From Takakia lepidozioides (taxonomy: Eukaryota > Plantae > Bryophyta): DNA of 64,000 nt. Under the pieces are notes generated by a model that did not search any database, was not told where the DNA came from, and worked only from the letters and a program-made list of their open reading frames with translations. The stretch covers positions 44,020,001 to 44,084,000 of the forward strand of contig CM060733.1 in assembly GCA_030704615.1 (NCBI GenBank), written 5' to 3'. Position numbers and translations under genes: made by a program. The number at the start of each line of letters is the position of its first letter. The stretch's first letter is position 1. Positions 1-12,046 of this stretch are shown here, one piece after another.

Positions 1-110
1 GGGACGTCCGGACTCGCCCTGTCAGGCGGAGGATTGAAGAGGAACCTGGGTGCGAAGAGGATTCCTGGAGATCCGACAGGAACATTCGGACAGCACCTCG
101 AGGTCCCGTC

Positions 111-1115
111 ATGTTGCCGCACAATGTGTCTTCCAGCAGTGGAAGCCCAAGAAATTCCAGATCGCCGTCGCCTTCAACCGGGGATTTCGTGCAACAAATT
201 CCCACCGCTCCCTTGCCCCACATTCCGCCCGCTGTTATGCAGTATGGCCAAGCCATTGTGGAGACGACTGTGTCTGCCTCACAGTGGAGAATTGCTCGCA
301 CAAAGCCGTCGTTTCGAGGAAGGTGTTCCGCAATTCGTGTGGATACACGGCAACGTTGTTTAGAGATGATAAGGAGGAATCCAGATGGGGCTGTCCCTGC
401 TCCTACTTTTACAGGAAGATTTGTCCATGCAAAGTTTGCGGAGGCGACAACCACCCAGTTCTGGTTCTGCAGGCATGACATTATGACTTGCGTGTATGGA
501 AAGCCCAAGTACGGCATACAGACAATGCCAGAGGCTCCCCCGGTGTGGCCGGTGGAACCAGGCTGCGATCTGAGTCAGGTTGAGGCCGACGCCCTTACCG
601 CCGCAGGATTTCGGATGGTGCAGCGCACTGACGTGCCCACACAACCATTTCCGCTTCCACAGCCTCCACCACCGACCCCTATGAGAGCAAGAACAATGGG
701 ACACGACAGCTCTAAGCATCCTACACACCGTTGGGGGAAACCGAAGAGGCGGCGACCTCCCTCAAAAGTGAACGAGACAAGGATGGGGAATGCACTTCGG
801 ATGAACTGTACAATCCAGAGCTCAACAGAAGTGCCCCCACCAGGATTCGGGCGTGTGTATCAGATGGCCACGGCGGGCTCAGGTGTTTGCAATGAGGTGT
901 ACACCATCACCATTTCAGAATTACCCACCTGCAATTGCACCGACTTCCAGATCATGGCGAACAAGGGGGCATCATACTGCCCTTGCAAGCATTTGTACTA
1001 CGTGTACCTAAAGAGACTCCGTTGTAATTCCACAACTCATCACTTCATACATGCACCAGGGTTGAGCCCCCAGGAGGTTCACACTCTTCTGAATATGGAT
1101 CCAGGGGACCAGTGA
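111..1115 (+). CDS. C-terminal part of MULE transposase with SWIM zinc finger (5' part outside window)
   Basis: YTITISELPTCNCTDF...CPCKHLYYV fits the SWIM CxCx(n)CxH pattern. Paralogous to 15683-16102. Confidence 0.75.
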   Translation: MLPHNVSSSSGSPRNSRSPSPSTGDFVQQIPTAPLPHIPPAVMQYGQAIVETTVSASQWRIARTKPSFRGRCSAIRVDTRQRCLEMIRRNPDGAVPAPTFTGRFVHAKFAEATTTQFWFCRHDIMTCVYGKPKYGIQTMPEAPPVWPVEPGCDLSQVEADALTAAGFRMVQRTDVPTQPFPLPQPPPPTPMRARTMGHDSSKHPTHRWGKPKRRRPPSKVNETRMGNALRMNCTIQSSTEVPPPGFGRVYQMATAGSGVCNEVYTITISELPTCNCTDFQIMANKGASYCPCKHLYYVYLKRLRCNSTTHHFIHAPGLSPQEVHTLLNMDPGDQ

Positions 1116-1854
1116 GCTTGGCTTGCGGTCCACATACAATGGTACGCCCATCGGATAGTAGAACTGTACTGCTGCCAGTACCTCAGACTCTGGCCACACA
1201 AAGGTCCGACATATGTCTTGCCTACCAGTAACCTGTTTTGATCGAACTAAGATATTACTATATCGTTCACTTGTTTCCACGTGCATGTATTTTTGTATGT
1301 TGGAGGGTTCATGTTTTTCTGCTTTCCGAAAACTTGCTCTCCTCATTCGACCTCCGACAAGGAAATGCGGCGCCGAATTTCCAAGTATCGTCGTAGGTAC
1401 CCCCAGAGGCGGCCTTCGCCAACACCAAACCGCTCCGAAATTTCGCACGTGCGAACCCTAATGCGGCACCCTATTTCCCAGTTCAGTTGCAAACCTTTCC
1501 CGCCGAATACCCGAAGAAGACAGAATTGTGAAGTACTGCATACTGTATTGGTGCAGACTCCATTGGTTCAATCGCGGCAAAAGGGTCAGCTTCATTCCAA
1601 TGTTAAGGCATGTAAAACCGCGGAATACTCTATACAGGCCAGTATGCGACGTCCTTTTGCAGTGGTATACTGGATTTCCCGTTGCACGGTCACTTATTTC
1701 CATGAGCGGATCTATAAAACCATGAGCGGACTTGTTACTGACGACATATCTTCGCCGCATTACATGATCTGGAACGTCCAAAAACGGCAAGGTCAAATAA
1801 AAAACTATTATTTTAATACTTGTTTAATCTGCCGCATTTCCAAATTTGGAGGAG

Positions 1855-1960
1855 TCCGCTCATGAAATCCGCGTATCTTAGACTTCGGCTCACCGCTCAT
1901 GCGGCTCATGCGGCTCATGGCTCATGGCTCATGGTTTCTGCTCATGAAATAGTAAACCTC
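1855..1960. repeat. MULE TIR with subterminal GCTCATG repeats
   Basis: Clustered GCTCATG copies end in GCTCATGAAATAGTAAACCTC. Confidence 0.85.
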
Positions 1961-1982
1961 CATCCACAGGTTGAACTTACTC

Positions 1983-3681
1983 ACAGGCAAAGTTGGAGTC
2001 CAGCTCCTTGTCGGAAGTCTCCTCTGTATCAATATCAGCGGGACGGGGCTTCGGAAGGACTTGAGAAGTGTGTCCACCCAAACCCATCAGGAGGTTCTTG
2101 TAAATCTCAGCATCCCCTTCAATCCCAAAGAGACGTCGCGCACTGGCCTTGCAAGCGTGGTACGAAGCACCTGCAGTGGAATAGAATGAAGGAAGCAGAC
2201 ATTGAAGACACAAATGGAACGGTGGGAAGTACTGAAAGTGCAAGCTCAATCAAACCTCATGAAATCTGAATGTTGAAGAGACGAACCTGTGCCCATTGAC
2301 AAATCCAGAACTCTGGCGTCTGTGTAGGTGCAGCACTCCACAATCGTTTGAATGAAAGCCGGGCTCCTCTCCCTCGCCCCTCTCCAAGGAACCCCATTCC
2401 CCCTTCGCAAGCAGACGTTGCTGTCAACGTAGTTGTGGTGCATGTCATCCGTGGGAGGATCTGTCCTGTCTTCTATGAACTTGCCCCCATGAGTGATGGT
2501 GAACTCCGAAATGCCGGCCGGAGTCGTCGGTGGATGCACTCGGACGAGACAAACAGCTTCAAACAAACGAGTCTGCGAACAACACATCCAGAAGGAACTA
2601 AGAAGCTTAAAAAATCAGGCCCCTACATATGAGTTCGAGCGACCTACACAACTCCATCCGAGAACCACCAAGAAGAGGAAGAAGAAGGCAAATTTACCAT
2701 CTCTCCCGGACGATCCCCTTCGTAAGGTACATGTTGTTCACACAATTCCATGTCTTCAGGACTCTCATGCCCGAGGCTTTCAAATAGCTGGCAAGTGCAC
2801 GGCGACTGCGAACGTCGGCGGACTGTATGAGCACCAAAACACCTGCATCGGACAGGAAAAAATTGCAAAAGGAGAAAACCCACCGCCAGTAGCGCTCATC
2901 AAAAGCATTCCAACCCGGACAAGCACCCGATGGAGGGACATCCGGGACTGCCAACCCATCAGGATGTCCAAGATTATGAGTTTGGCTGCATATTGCTTCT
3001 CCTTCCCGTTCACCCAGGATTTGGTCATTTTAGACTGCAATCAAAATTACAATGGAATACTCAAGAGGATTGAAACGATCCATGCCCACTGCAGAGAAGA
3101 AGCAAAAGAGAACACGCACCGTGCCGAGGAACTCGACAATCCTCTCCCACACTGGTGATGGCTCGCCCTTGTAATCAGATTTCTTGGACTCCATCATGGC
3201 AAGGAATCCGACGTTGGCCATCTCCAACCTGGTAGGGCGAATGACCCTCGTCGGATGTTCCACTGCATGGTACGGGTCCTTGGGATCAACCACCCCCTTG
3301 TTCTTTCTCACGGATCCCCTACCATGCGGTGGAGTCTGCTGGACATGCACCACTGGGCCAATATCTGCAACACTTCCCTGCCCTTGTGCCACCTTCCCTC
3401 TACCCCTTCCTTTCCCCACAACACCAGCAACATCTTTTCCCTTTGCCTTTCTACCTCTACCCGGGGTATCCTGAGCGGGAGGCTCCTTCTCTGCAAGAGT
3501 CCTCAAATTTCGTTCATGAATGTCGAGGTCGGCTGCTGCAGCAGTGGCTGCAATTCGCTCATTCTCTCTCCTCAAAGACACCTCCGGAGCTGGGGTCTCA
3601 GAAGGAGGGCAATCCAAATACCAACCACAAGAAGAAAGATGGTCTGGGCCCCAGTCATGCAAGATCCCAGTAGTAAACATG
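1983..3681 (-). pseudogene. Cargo gene copy 1, 3' exons: beta-class amino-methyltransferase-like domain
   Basis: LIILDI(frameshift)PDG near 2955-2980; GVLVLI; RSPAFIQTIVECCTYTDARVLDLSMGT|G-ASYHACKASARRLFGIEGD across GT-AG intron 2286-2171. Confidence 0.75.
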
Positions 3682-4149
3682 CACTACAACAGATTGCGGC
3701 TTTTACGACTCCCATGGGTGCGCAGTCATGACAGATTTGTGGCAGAAATGCCATTTGCAGTCGTAAAATGCTTTTGAAGTCATAATGCAGGTTTGGGGAA
3801 GGCGTATATGCGACTGCATGGCTCCGGACTCTACGGAACATAGGTCAAACATGTTTGACCACGAATATTGGCATGGCAGATATGACTACCAGTCACGGTC
3901 ATGGCTACACTAGAATGACGTGTGTATATTGCTAGAAAGACATATGACTTCATGACTCTCACTCTAATGCATTCTGCCAGATCATCACATGGATGAATCA
4001 CTACATGACTGCACATGTCAACACATGCTTTTCTGGTTATATATATAATATATGAGTATTTATATTTTGAAAAAACGGAGACTCTCACCACTAGAATCAA
4101 TTTTAAAAAAAAACAAAATGCAATTTAAAAAAAAAAAAAAAAAACACAT

Positions 4150-4430
4150 CGGCTGGTAAGTGCACAGTGTGATGTTGATCGTCCAAGCTGGAATTAAACA
4201 AATGTTGTTCTGAACTATGCCCTTGTGGACTTGTATGCCAAATTGGGGTGCATGGAGGATGATGATCCCAGGATATGCACAACAGCGGCACGGGATGGAG
4301 GCCCTTTGGAGAGGTCTATGAGCAAGTGGTGTGGGAAGGGATACTGCAGCGCAACCACATCGCGTTTGTTACATTTGCAACATGTGTGCAAGCCTGGCAG
4401 CCCTGCAAAATAGCAAAGAGGTTCGTGGTG
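4150..4430 (+). pseudogene. Captured, degenerate PLS-class pentatricopeptide repeat (PPR) gene fragment
   Basis: Frameshifted pieces read ALVDLYAKLGCMED, GYAQ..G.EAL, WEGI and CASLAALQ..KEV, matching plant PLS PPR consensus motifs. Confidence 0.7.
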
Positions 4431-4464
4431 GAATTGTACTAGATGTCGATCTGAACTTTGACAT

Positions 4465-5480
4465 GATGCCAATGTGACAACAGGAAAGTATCCAGAAACA
4501 GGTCACAGAGACGAGGAGAAGTTGTGGAATGGTGGGACAACCGAGGGAAAAAGGTTAATGCCTGTTAGATTATAGAGGGCAGACGCAATTCAATATAGGA
4601 ACTAGTGTGATAAGCTGAGTTGGGTGTTTCCTAGAACAAATGTAGGCTGTCATTATCAGCGGCAAGGCAAGGAAGTATGCATGATTTGTGCAGAAGCAGT
4701 GATAGCTGAAAGAGCAGGGATAGAGTATGGGTCCAGATTCATCCAAGAGGGCCAGATTTCAAGCACATGATTACCTATGATTACCTGTGGATTTAGCTAT
4801 AAGAAACCTGCATGGGTAGATGGTGAACTGGAAGCCGCAGGAGTAGCGGCACAATTGATAAAATCAAGCACTGCTAATAAAGGCACCTTCTTCAACACAT
4901 TTCACCCTGTTTTTCCCTCTTATCAGAACCGGCCCTAAATTTCAATGTATGCAAGTTAGCTAGTTGAGTGAATCTAGTTTGGAGTGACTTTGACATGATA
5001 TTGCCAATGTGACAACAGGAAAGTATCGAAAAATAGTTAACGGAGATGAGGGGAAGCTGTGGAATGAATACTTTTCTGACCCCAGTCAATGGTGGGACAA
5101 CCGAGGCAAAAAGGTACTTTTGGATTACAGAGAGTAACAGATGCAATTGAGAATAGGAACTTGTGTGGTAAGTTGAGTTGGGTGTTTGCTGGAACAAATG
5201 TAGGCTGTCATTGTCAGCTGCTAACAGCAATGCAAGGATATATGCATGATCTATGCAGAGGCATGGATAGCTGAAGGAGCAGGGATAGAGTGTGGGTCCA
5301 GATCATCCAAGAAAGCCGGATTTCAAGCTCCAGATTACCGATGATTCCCTGTGGAATGATACAAGAAACCTGCATGGGTAGATGGTCATGGGTAGATGGT
5401 AGATAGTTTGGAGTGACTTTGATATGATACTGCCAAAGTGACAATAAAAAAGTATCCATAAACAGGTAACAGTAGCAGAT
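4465..5480. repeat. Degenerate direct duplications inside the CACTA element
   Basis: 4465-4830 is similar to 5000-5390, and a third partial copy lies at 5405-5480 (GCCAATGTGACAACAGGAAAGTATC...). Confidence 0.7.
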
Positions 5481-6071
5481 GCAATTCAGCACAGGCACTA
5501 AGGCAAACTCTCCTTCCCCGTAAGGGTGTGTTTTGGTATCTGAGCGAATAAATATTTTATCTAAGAATATAATTTCAAAAATTCGTTATTTAATAATGTG
5601 CCACTGTCCCATGTTGGTCAGTAATAATAATTATAATAACAAATAATTATAATAATTATTTTAGTAATTATAATAACAATAAAGTAAATCTACAACCCCC
5701 AACAGCGACGCGTGTCAATTGACATGAGGAACCACGTGTCAAAATCACGATGCGACACATGCTGACGTCTGACTCCCTCCTCTGCAGTCGGATGGCGTCG
5801 CAGTCTGACACGTGGCGTGTTCTGTAGAGAGCACGTGTCTCTATTACACAGCGGCTGACATGGACCCGTTCAGTCATTCAGTAATGCCAGCGTGTATGAC
5901 TACCCCCACAGCTGCTCTGGCGCCACGTGACAGCCAGCCTGGAGAGTCATATCTGCCATGTCACAACTGACTAGGTCTTTACGTCTGCAGAGTCAGGAAG
6001 TCGTAAATGGCTTCCATGACTGCATTTGCAGTCATAACACAAAGACGAAAAAGCCGCAATTTGTTGTAGTG

Positions 6072-7400
6072 ATGGTCTGATTTCCAGCAGGGACAAGCCA
6101 GAGGTCCACGAAATCTGGATGTTTGTCCAAGCAATTCTCTTCCATGAGAACAAACTTTATGTACCTGCAGGAACAGAGACAGCCTCATTATGCAATGCAA
6201 TTATTGTCTCTCAGCTTTTCCATCACACCAGGAAGACCCCCTTAAACTATGCGTCACAGTACATTGCAACCATAACACACTAAGTAGCCTGAACGGCCAG
6301 GGTGTGCACCTGTAAAGGCATCGTTTCCAGGCTTCCTCTCCTTTTTCTTGCTGGTCAAGGTCATATGTTCGACTGATGCCACCCTCCTTGCTGAACTCTC
6401 TAAAGAAACAAGAGTGCCACACTGTGGCTCTCCATTTCCTCATGTATGCTTCGAAGGAGACCTTCGGTGTTGTCATAGTGATGCCATAGTCAGCCAGCTG
6501 AGTATGCAGAACCGACCGTGCCCTTTCTTCCAACTGCAAAACAATTCAAATGCAAGAATGAACCCAAAAAAAAACACAGCGAATGTGAGAGGCAATGGAA
6601 AGAGAAGGACAGGAAAAGAGAAAAGAAAGTGACACAGGAAAGGACATCACACCTGGCTCCAGTAAGTGGCCTTGTGAAGCCATGTGTCCAGCACATTGTC
6701 ACTGACAGGAATGACACGCTGGGTCTTCTTCTCTTTCTCCGGCCTGGGGAACATGTGGGTATCCCTAACTGTGGGATCGGAGTTCCATATAATGAGAAAC
6801 CAACCTCTTCACATCATTCATTGCCGTCAGAAGATCCATCATGTTCCCCTCACAATCCAGCACCATCGATCAAACAGAGTAATGCCACTCTTCCTCCTGT
6901 GAGTGCAGCCTCCCAATGACAGCCATCCATGCAAGCAACCAGTGGTTCCCATCCCAAACGTGAAATATCTTCCCCGAGAATGCCTGGGTGGAAGGTTTCT
7001 TGGAGAGAAGAAGTTCGAAGGATTCGTTCACCTGTCTCCAAATAGGATCCCAGGAGTCCACGATTGACTCATCCACAAGGAGCTCATTGCCCCTGGAATC
7101 CTTTGTACAAACGTAAAACACTGCGGATCCATCCAAATACCCATGAACAAACTCGGCCTCTAGCTTGAGAATGTCCTTGATGAGGGGTGGTCGAACGACG
7201 GGCATGGAAACCATCCTACACAGGGGAATCTTCAACCTCCCACCCGGGGCAAGCATACTTTGCACCACAAGCTGAGAGTTTACCTTCTGACCCCCCAGCA
7301 TCTCAGCGGCTTTGCTTTCATAGAACTCATCGTCAACATCAACAATGATCTCCTTCCCCAGCCCCGAAGGGATCTCCTCCGCCACACTTTGCATCTTCTC
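6072..7400 (-). pseudogene. Cargo gene copy 1: ParB/Sulfiredoxin-like domain and middle exons
   Basis: RLKIPLCRMVSMPVVRPPL...GY..GSAVFYV...IFHVWDGNHWLLAW (DGNHR in other copies). Splice acceptor at 7401; intron after WKRCLYR in the same phase as copy 2. Confidence 0.78.
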
Positions 7401-7489
7401 CTGCAGGGTTGTCCATTCAAATTGATATAAGAGTGAGGCATTAAACGATGGTGTTTGAGCATGGCAGACATGCCATGTGTGGAAGAAAA

Positions 7490-9292
7490 TGTGAGCTCAA
7501 ATAGTGTGCGTTGACGCACACTGTTTGAGCTGCAAGGTAAGTGTTCATTGAACCTCAAAGACATGCCACGTAAGTGTTCATTGAACCTCAATGATAAGCC
7601 CTTAGTGGCCGATTATCAGATGAAAAAAAAAGAAAATGTGAGCTCAAACACTGTGCGTTGTTGGCCATTTCAACGTTTGGGAAGGGGGGACTTCACATAG
7701 ACCCGGAATGCGACCCTGTGGAATCCGATGTTATCGCACACTGTTTGAACTGCAAGGTAAGTGTTCAGTGAACCTCAGAGACATGCCACGTAAGTGTTCA
7801 TTGAACCTCAAAGACATGCCCTGTATTGCCGAATTTCACAGGGAAAAAACAGTGACAAGGTGGGCTCAAACAGTGTGCGCCAACGCACACTGTTTGAGCT
7901 GCCAGGTAAGTGATGATTGATCCTCAAATACAAACCCTATGTGGCTGATTTTCAGATGACAAAGGCAATGACAAGGTGAGCTCAAACAGTGTGCGTTGAC
8001 GCACACTGTTTGAGCTGCTAGGTAAGTGTTCATTGAACCTCGGAGACATGCCCTGTATTGCCGGATTTCACAGGGAGAAAATAGTGACAAGGTGGGCTCA
8101 AACAGTGTGCGCCAACGCACACTGTTTGAGCTACCAGGTAAGTGATGATTGATCCTCAAATACAAACCCTATGTGGCCAATTTTCAGATGACAAAGGCAA
8201 TGACAAGGTGAGCTCAAACAGTGTATGTTGACGCACACTGTTTGAGCTGCCAGGTAAGTGTTCATTGAACCTCAGAGACATGCCCTGTATTGCTGAATTT
8301 CACAAGGAAAAAATAGTGACAAGGTGGGCTCAAACAGTGTGCGCCAACGCACACTGTTTGAGCTGCCAGATAAGTGATGATTGATCCTCAAATACAAACC
8401 CTATGTGGCCGATTTTCAGATGACAAAGGCAATGACAAGGTGAGCTCAAACAGTGTGCATTGACACACACTGTTTGAGCTGCCATGTAAGTGATGATTGA
8501 TCCTCAAATACATGCCGTTTGTGGCCGTTTTTTCAGATGAAAAAACAATGACAAGGTGGGCTCAAATAGTGTGCGCCAACGCACACTGTTTGAGCTGCCA
8601 GATAAGTGTTCATCGATCCTCAGAGACATGCCCTATGTGGCCGATTTTCAAACGAAAAAGGCAATGATAAGGGTAGCTCAAACAGTGTGCGCCAACGCAC
8701 AATGTTTGAGCTGCCAGATAAGTGTTCATCGATCCTCAGAGACATGCCCTATGTGGCCGATTTTCAAACGAAAAAGGCAATGATAAGGGTAGCTCAAACA
8801 GTGTGCGCCAACGCACACTGTTTGAGCTGCCAGGAAAGTGATGATTGATCCTCAAATTCATACCCTATGTGGCCGATTTTCAGATGACAAAGGCAATGAC
8901 AAGGTGAGCTCAAACAGTGTGCATTGACGCACACTGTTTGAGCTGCCATGTAAGTGATGATTGATCCTCAAATACATGCCGTTTGTGGCCGTTTCTCAGA
9001 TGAAAAAACAATGACAAGGTGGGCTCAAACAGTGTGCGCCAACGCACACTGTTTGAGCTGCCAAATAGTGGAGGATTGAACCGGGCATAGTGGCCCTATC
9101 TGGCCGTTTTGCACACCATCAACCAAGTAAAATGCGGGGCTCAAACGGTGTGCGCCAACGCACACTGTTTCAGCTTCCAATTCGTGGTGGATTGAACTTG
9201 CCGTAGTTCCCCAATTTGGCCGTTTCCCACATCAACAAGCCAGCAAAATGGAAGGCTCAAACAGTGTGCGTCAACGCACACTGTTTGAGCTT
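7490..9292. repeat. Array of 36-bp hairpins GCTCAAACAGTGTGCG-N4-CGCACACTGTTTGAGC, 116-bp period
   Basis: Thirteen consecutive units start at 7864, 7980, 8096, 8212, 8328, 8444, 8560, 8676, 8792, 8908, 9023, 9139 and 9255, with degenerate upstream copies. Confidence 0.95.
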
Positions 9293-9376
9293 CTTGTTCG
9301 CGGTTGATGCAACCTGGCAGAGATGCCGTGTGTAGACTATGTTCATATTGAAATAGAATCTCAACTTGGGTTCACA

Positions 9377-9814
9377 TCAGCAATGAAGCACAAAGGTGGG
9401 TTTCAAAGATTGAACCTTTTTTTTGGCTGCTCCAGAAGACTCCCCAATCGCCGGGGACCCTTTGCGCTTCGGACTGCTCTCCACGCCTCGCATGTTCTGG
9501 AGCATCTCCCCCATCCTCTCTTCCACTATTAGGGTCTTCGTGAGGCCAGCTTCAACATCATCTTCGGCGTCTGCCTCTCCCTCGGTTGCAATGTCCTCCT
9601 CATCTGTTCTTGGAACTATGGCAGGCTGCTGTTCTTCTCCGGATTCCTGCTCTTCCATCGCCGAACTTTGCTCTTTGCCCTCTTTTTCCGCCTTTTCCTC
9701 TTCGGCCACTCTTTCCATCCTCATTCTATATGTGGCACTATTCCTGTTTCTAGAGCTCGTGAAGTATAATGACTTCCTTCTCTTCCTCCTCCGCTGGAAA
9801 CAAGGGCTCCCCAC
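9377..9814 (-). CDS. Probable first exon (acidic, low complexity) of cargo gene copy 1
   Basis: E-rich ORF on the same strand, upstream of the ParB exon. Other copies also start with an acidic or disordered region. Candidate donor AAG|GTTCAA near 9416. Confidence 0.45.
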   Translation of the reverse strand: MGSPCFQRRRKRRKSLYFTSSRNRNSATYRMRMERVAEEEKAEKEGKEQSSAMEEQESGEEQQPAIVPRTDEEDIATEGEADAEDDVEAGLTKTLIVEERMGEMLQNMRGVESSPKRKGSPAIGESSGAAKKKVQSLKPTFVLHC

Positions 9815-10688
9815 GATGCCTCTACAGCTCTCCAGTTTGACGTTTGCAACAAGGGTTGCTATTGCATGTAACCAAAATCAAAATTGGACATTGTCAACCG
9901 TATTTGGATGCGGGTGTTGTTATTGTGTGCGAACGGAATTCATCCATTTCGGCATCTTTGTATTATTCAAGAAATAAAGTGCTAGAAAATATGTACATCC
10001 GTTGCATGTACTTGTGATATATGTCAGATGTACTTCGCCGCCTGCCAATATATGGCGGCCTTCTTGCATGGTTTCAAATTCGGAAGTGCCGTAGAAATCT
10101 AATGCTAGTTCAATTTGGAGCAGTTCTTGCAGATTCGCCATAAATGTTGTGCTTCACATATGCATCCACGTGTGTCGTACTGCCTGCCCTGTGCTTTGCA
10201 TTTTGCCGTCATCGTCGCCATGGGGTCATTCGGTATAAAGGGTTGTGTCGGAAATGATCTTGTGTTGCACACATCCGTGCGAGGTAACTCTTGGAGTGTC
10301 AGTGTTTGTGCTGTGCTCTTCTGGCACGGCACAACCTCATTACATTCGGGGTCTTCCTGTTTACTACTCTCCAGGGTTGTTGCCGTCTTTCCATAAAGGA
10401 TGTTTTCATGTCATGTTCAGGGTTTGTTTTTCATCCAAAAACAGCACGGCTTCTTGTGGCTTCCTGTATTTGAAAACAGTTTTTCTAGTTGGTGTCTCTC
10501 AGCGTGGTTGTCTGCGAAGTTCAGTGCATGTCATTCCTGCATCCTTTTGATGCATCACCCGCAGCCTTTGGGTTAGTGCTACCCTTGTTGACCTCAATTT
10601 TTTTGTGGTGGATCCCCTTTCGAGAATTGCGGGCTATCAGTTCGGGGATTCCGTTGTGAATCGAAAGTTTCGGTCAGCGTAGGAAAAC

Positions 10689-12046
10689 ATGTCCAGGGAG
10701 AGAGATAGACTAGCCCGATTTCATTCCAATGCAGGTAGTCTTCCACTGACTGCCACTGCAGACGACGATGGGTTTGCAGTTGTTCATGAGGATGAGCTGG
10801 TTACAGTGTTCCCACTAGAATTGGGTTCTCTGCTTGTTCAAAAAGAGGTGTATGACGAGGATGGGAATTTGGATTCTGGACATTTGGAGAAACCATTGGT
10901 TGGCGAGTGTGGAAGGAAGTGGAGAGTCCTTCCAGGCACATACCGTGTCCTTGGAAAAGAGAGAAGACAATCAGCAGGATCAGTCATTATCCCTGGAACT
11001 GCAGCATCGGTCGTGCAGCAAAAGGGCACAGTTCATGTGAAACAAGAGGTGAGCACATCCACTACATTCGTGACTCTTTCAGACTCGTCCTCGGAGGATG
11101 TTTCTGAGATTCCTCCGCCAGTGCAGACTCCATTCTTGGATGAATCCGAATTGTAAGAGATAACGAGTGTCATTCCAAAATTGAAAGCCCTCGCAGGGGT
11201 TCCTGGGTGCAAGAGCGAGCTGCGTTTTGTTGATTGGGAGTCCCTTCGTGTGCAGCGGGTTCAATACGTGCCAGCAGAGTTTGATGGGGACATCTTGTTT
11301 GAGCTCAACCCTCCCACGTCTTCCAATGGACTGGCTGGGCTTCTACAGGGCATGGACAAGAAACATGACGGACACCCTTGGTGCAGGACAAAAACGTCAA
11401 ACATCTACAACAACATTGGATTGAAATTTCGAAGGTCGGTTTGCATTGGGCATTGCAAGTGCCTGAATATATCTTGCCCTCGCCTGAGAAACAACGCTCA
11501 ACCAAACGAAAGTGAGTGGGAAGGTGTGCCCCTGAATCCTTTCACCCCAGGACTTGCCCCTCCCAAGACCAATACTTTTGTGTGCAGGTTCTGCAAACTT
11601 TCCCCGTCCTGTGTTTCTGTGTGCCACGCTCGTATGTACCAGGTGGCACACCGATGCAAGACAATGACTCGTGCCTGCATTCATATGGGTGCACACAAGC
11701 ATCCTGTGTCCAAAGGAAGTTGCAGGGATAGCGTGGACATCGCTAGAAATCTGCTGAAGCATGAGTTCCACAATGCCCCTTGTGCAACACCTTCTGCTAT
11801 AGCGCTTGCAGCTAGCAAGGCTTTCCTGGAAAAACACATACTGGGTGAAGGGGATTCGACACAACCAATGTTGGATGCAGATTCGCTTGATGCAGTGATG
11901 GACCATTTCTCCGTGTTGAGCTCTCCCAATATTCGAAACCAGGTGAATGCACTCAGAGTCGGCACAGGCACTGCTGGATTCATGGACAACATTATGGACC
12001 TCAAACGGAGAAGTCGCTATGAATTCATTCAAAACAGTATCTTCCC
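10689..12046 (+). pseudogene. MULE transposase N-terminal part (Cys/His Zn DNA-binding region), truncated before DDE
   Basis: MDKKHDGHPW...CIGHCKCLNISC...CRFC...C...CIHMGAHKHP...FIQNSIFP is homologous to the region preceding the DDE core at 49430-50290. Confidence 0.8.

Larger units (their letters stand above)
1..1960 (+). mobile_element. 3' end of a Mutator-like element (transposase C-terminus, SWIM finger, TIR); the rest lies upstream of the window
   Basis: Bases 1-294 are near-identical to 51342-51634, which follow the MULE DDE core. A SWIM ORF follows, and the segment ends in GCTCATGAAATAGTAAACCTC, identical to the TSD-verified terminus at 21149. Confidence 0.85.
3682..6071. mobile_element. 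Non-autonomous CACTA (En/Spm) element, 2390 bp
   Basis: TIRs CACTACAACAGATTGCGGCTTTT / AAAAGCCGCAATTTGTTGTAGTG, with 3-bp TSD ATG (3679-3681 and 6072-6074). Removing it restores the host reading frame (AGNQT-MFTTGILHDW). Confidence 0.93.
1961..12046. mobile_element. Family-A MULE body with both ends lost: ParB-MTase-like gene (-) divergent from transposase (+)
   Basis: The cargo gene runs 9814->~1983 and the transposase runs 10689->12046. This is the same divergent layout as 12047-29050. The left side is cut by another MULE's TIR and the right side by a fusion junction. Confidence 0.7.

Noticed and set aside
111-1115. Stand-alone host SWIM gene (e.g. ZSWIM/MAP3K1-like)
   Set aside because: Its upstream sequence is the direct continuation of the MULE DDE gene seen at 51.3-51.6 kb, and a TIR follows.
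5540-5700. AT-rich TAA tract as origin or regulatory element
   Set aside because: Low-complexity sequence inside a non-autonomous element with no supporting structure.
7490-9292. CRISPR array (36-bp palindromic repeat with regular spacing)
   Set aside because: The spacers are 80 bp and homologous to each other, there are no cas genes, and the context is a eukaryotic transposon.
9920-10550. Short ORFs between the divergent genes of family A
   Set aside because: No motif or paralog is recognised; most likely promoter or UTR sequence.
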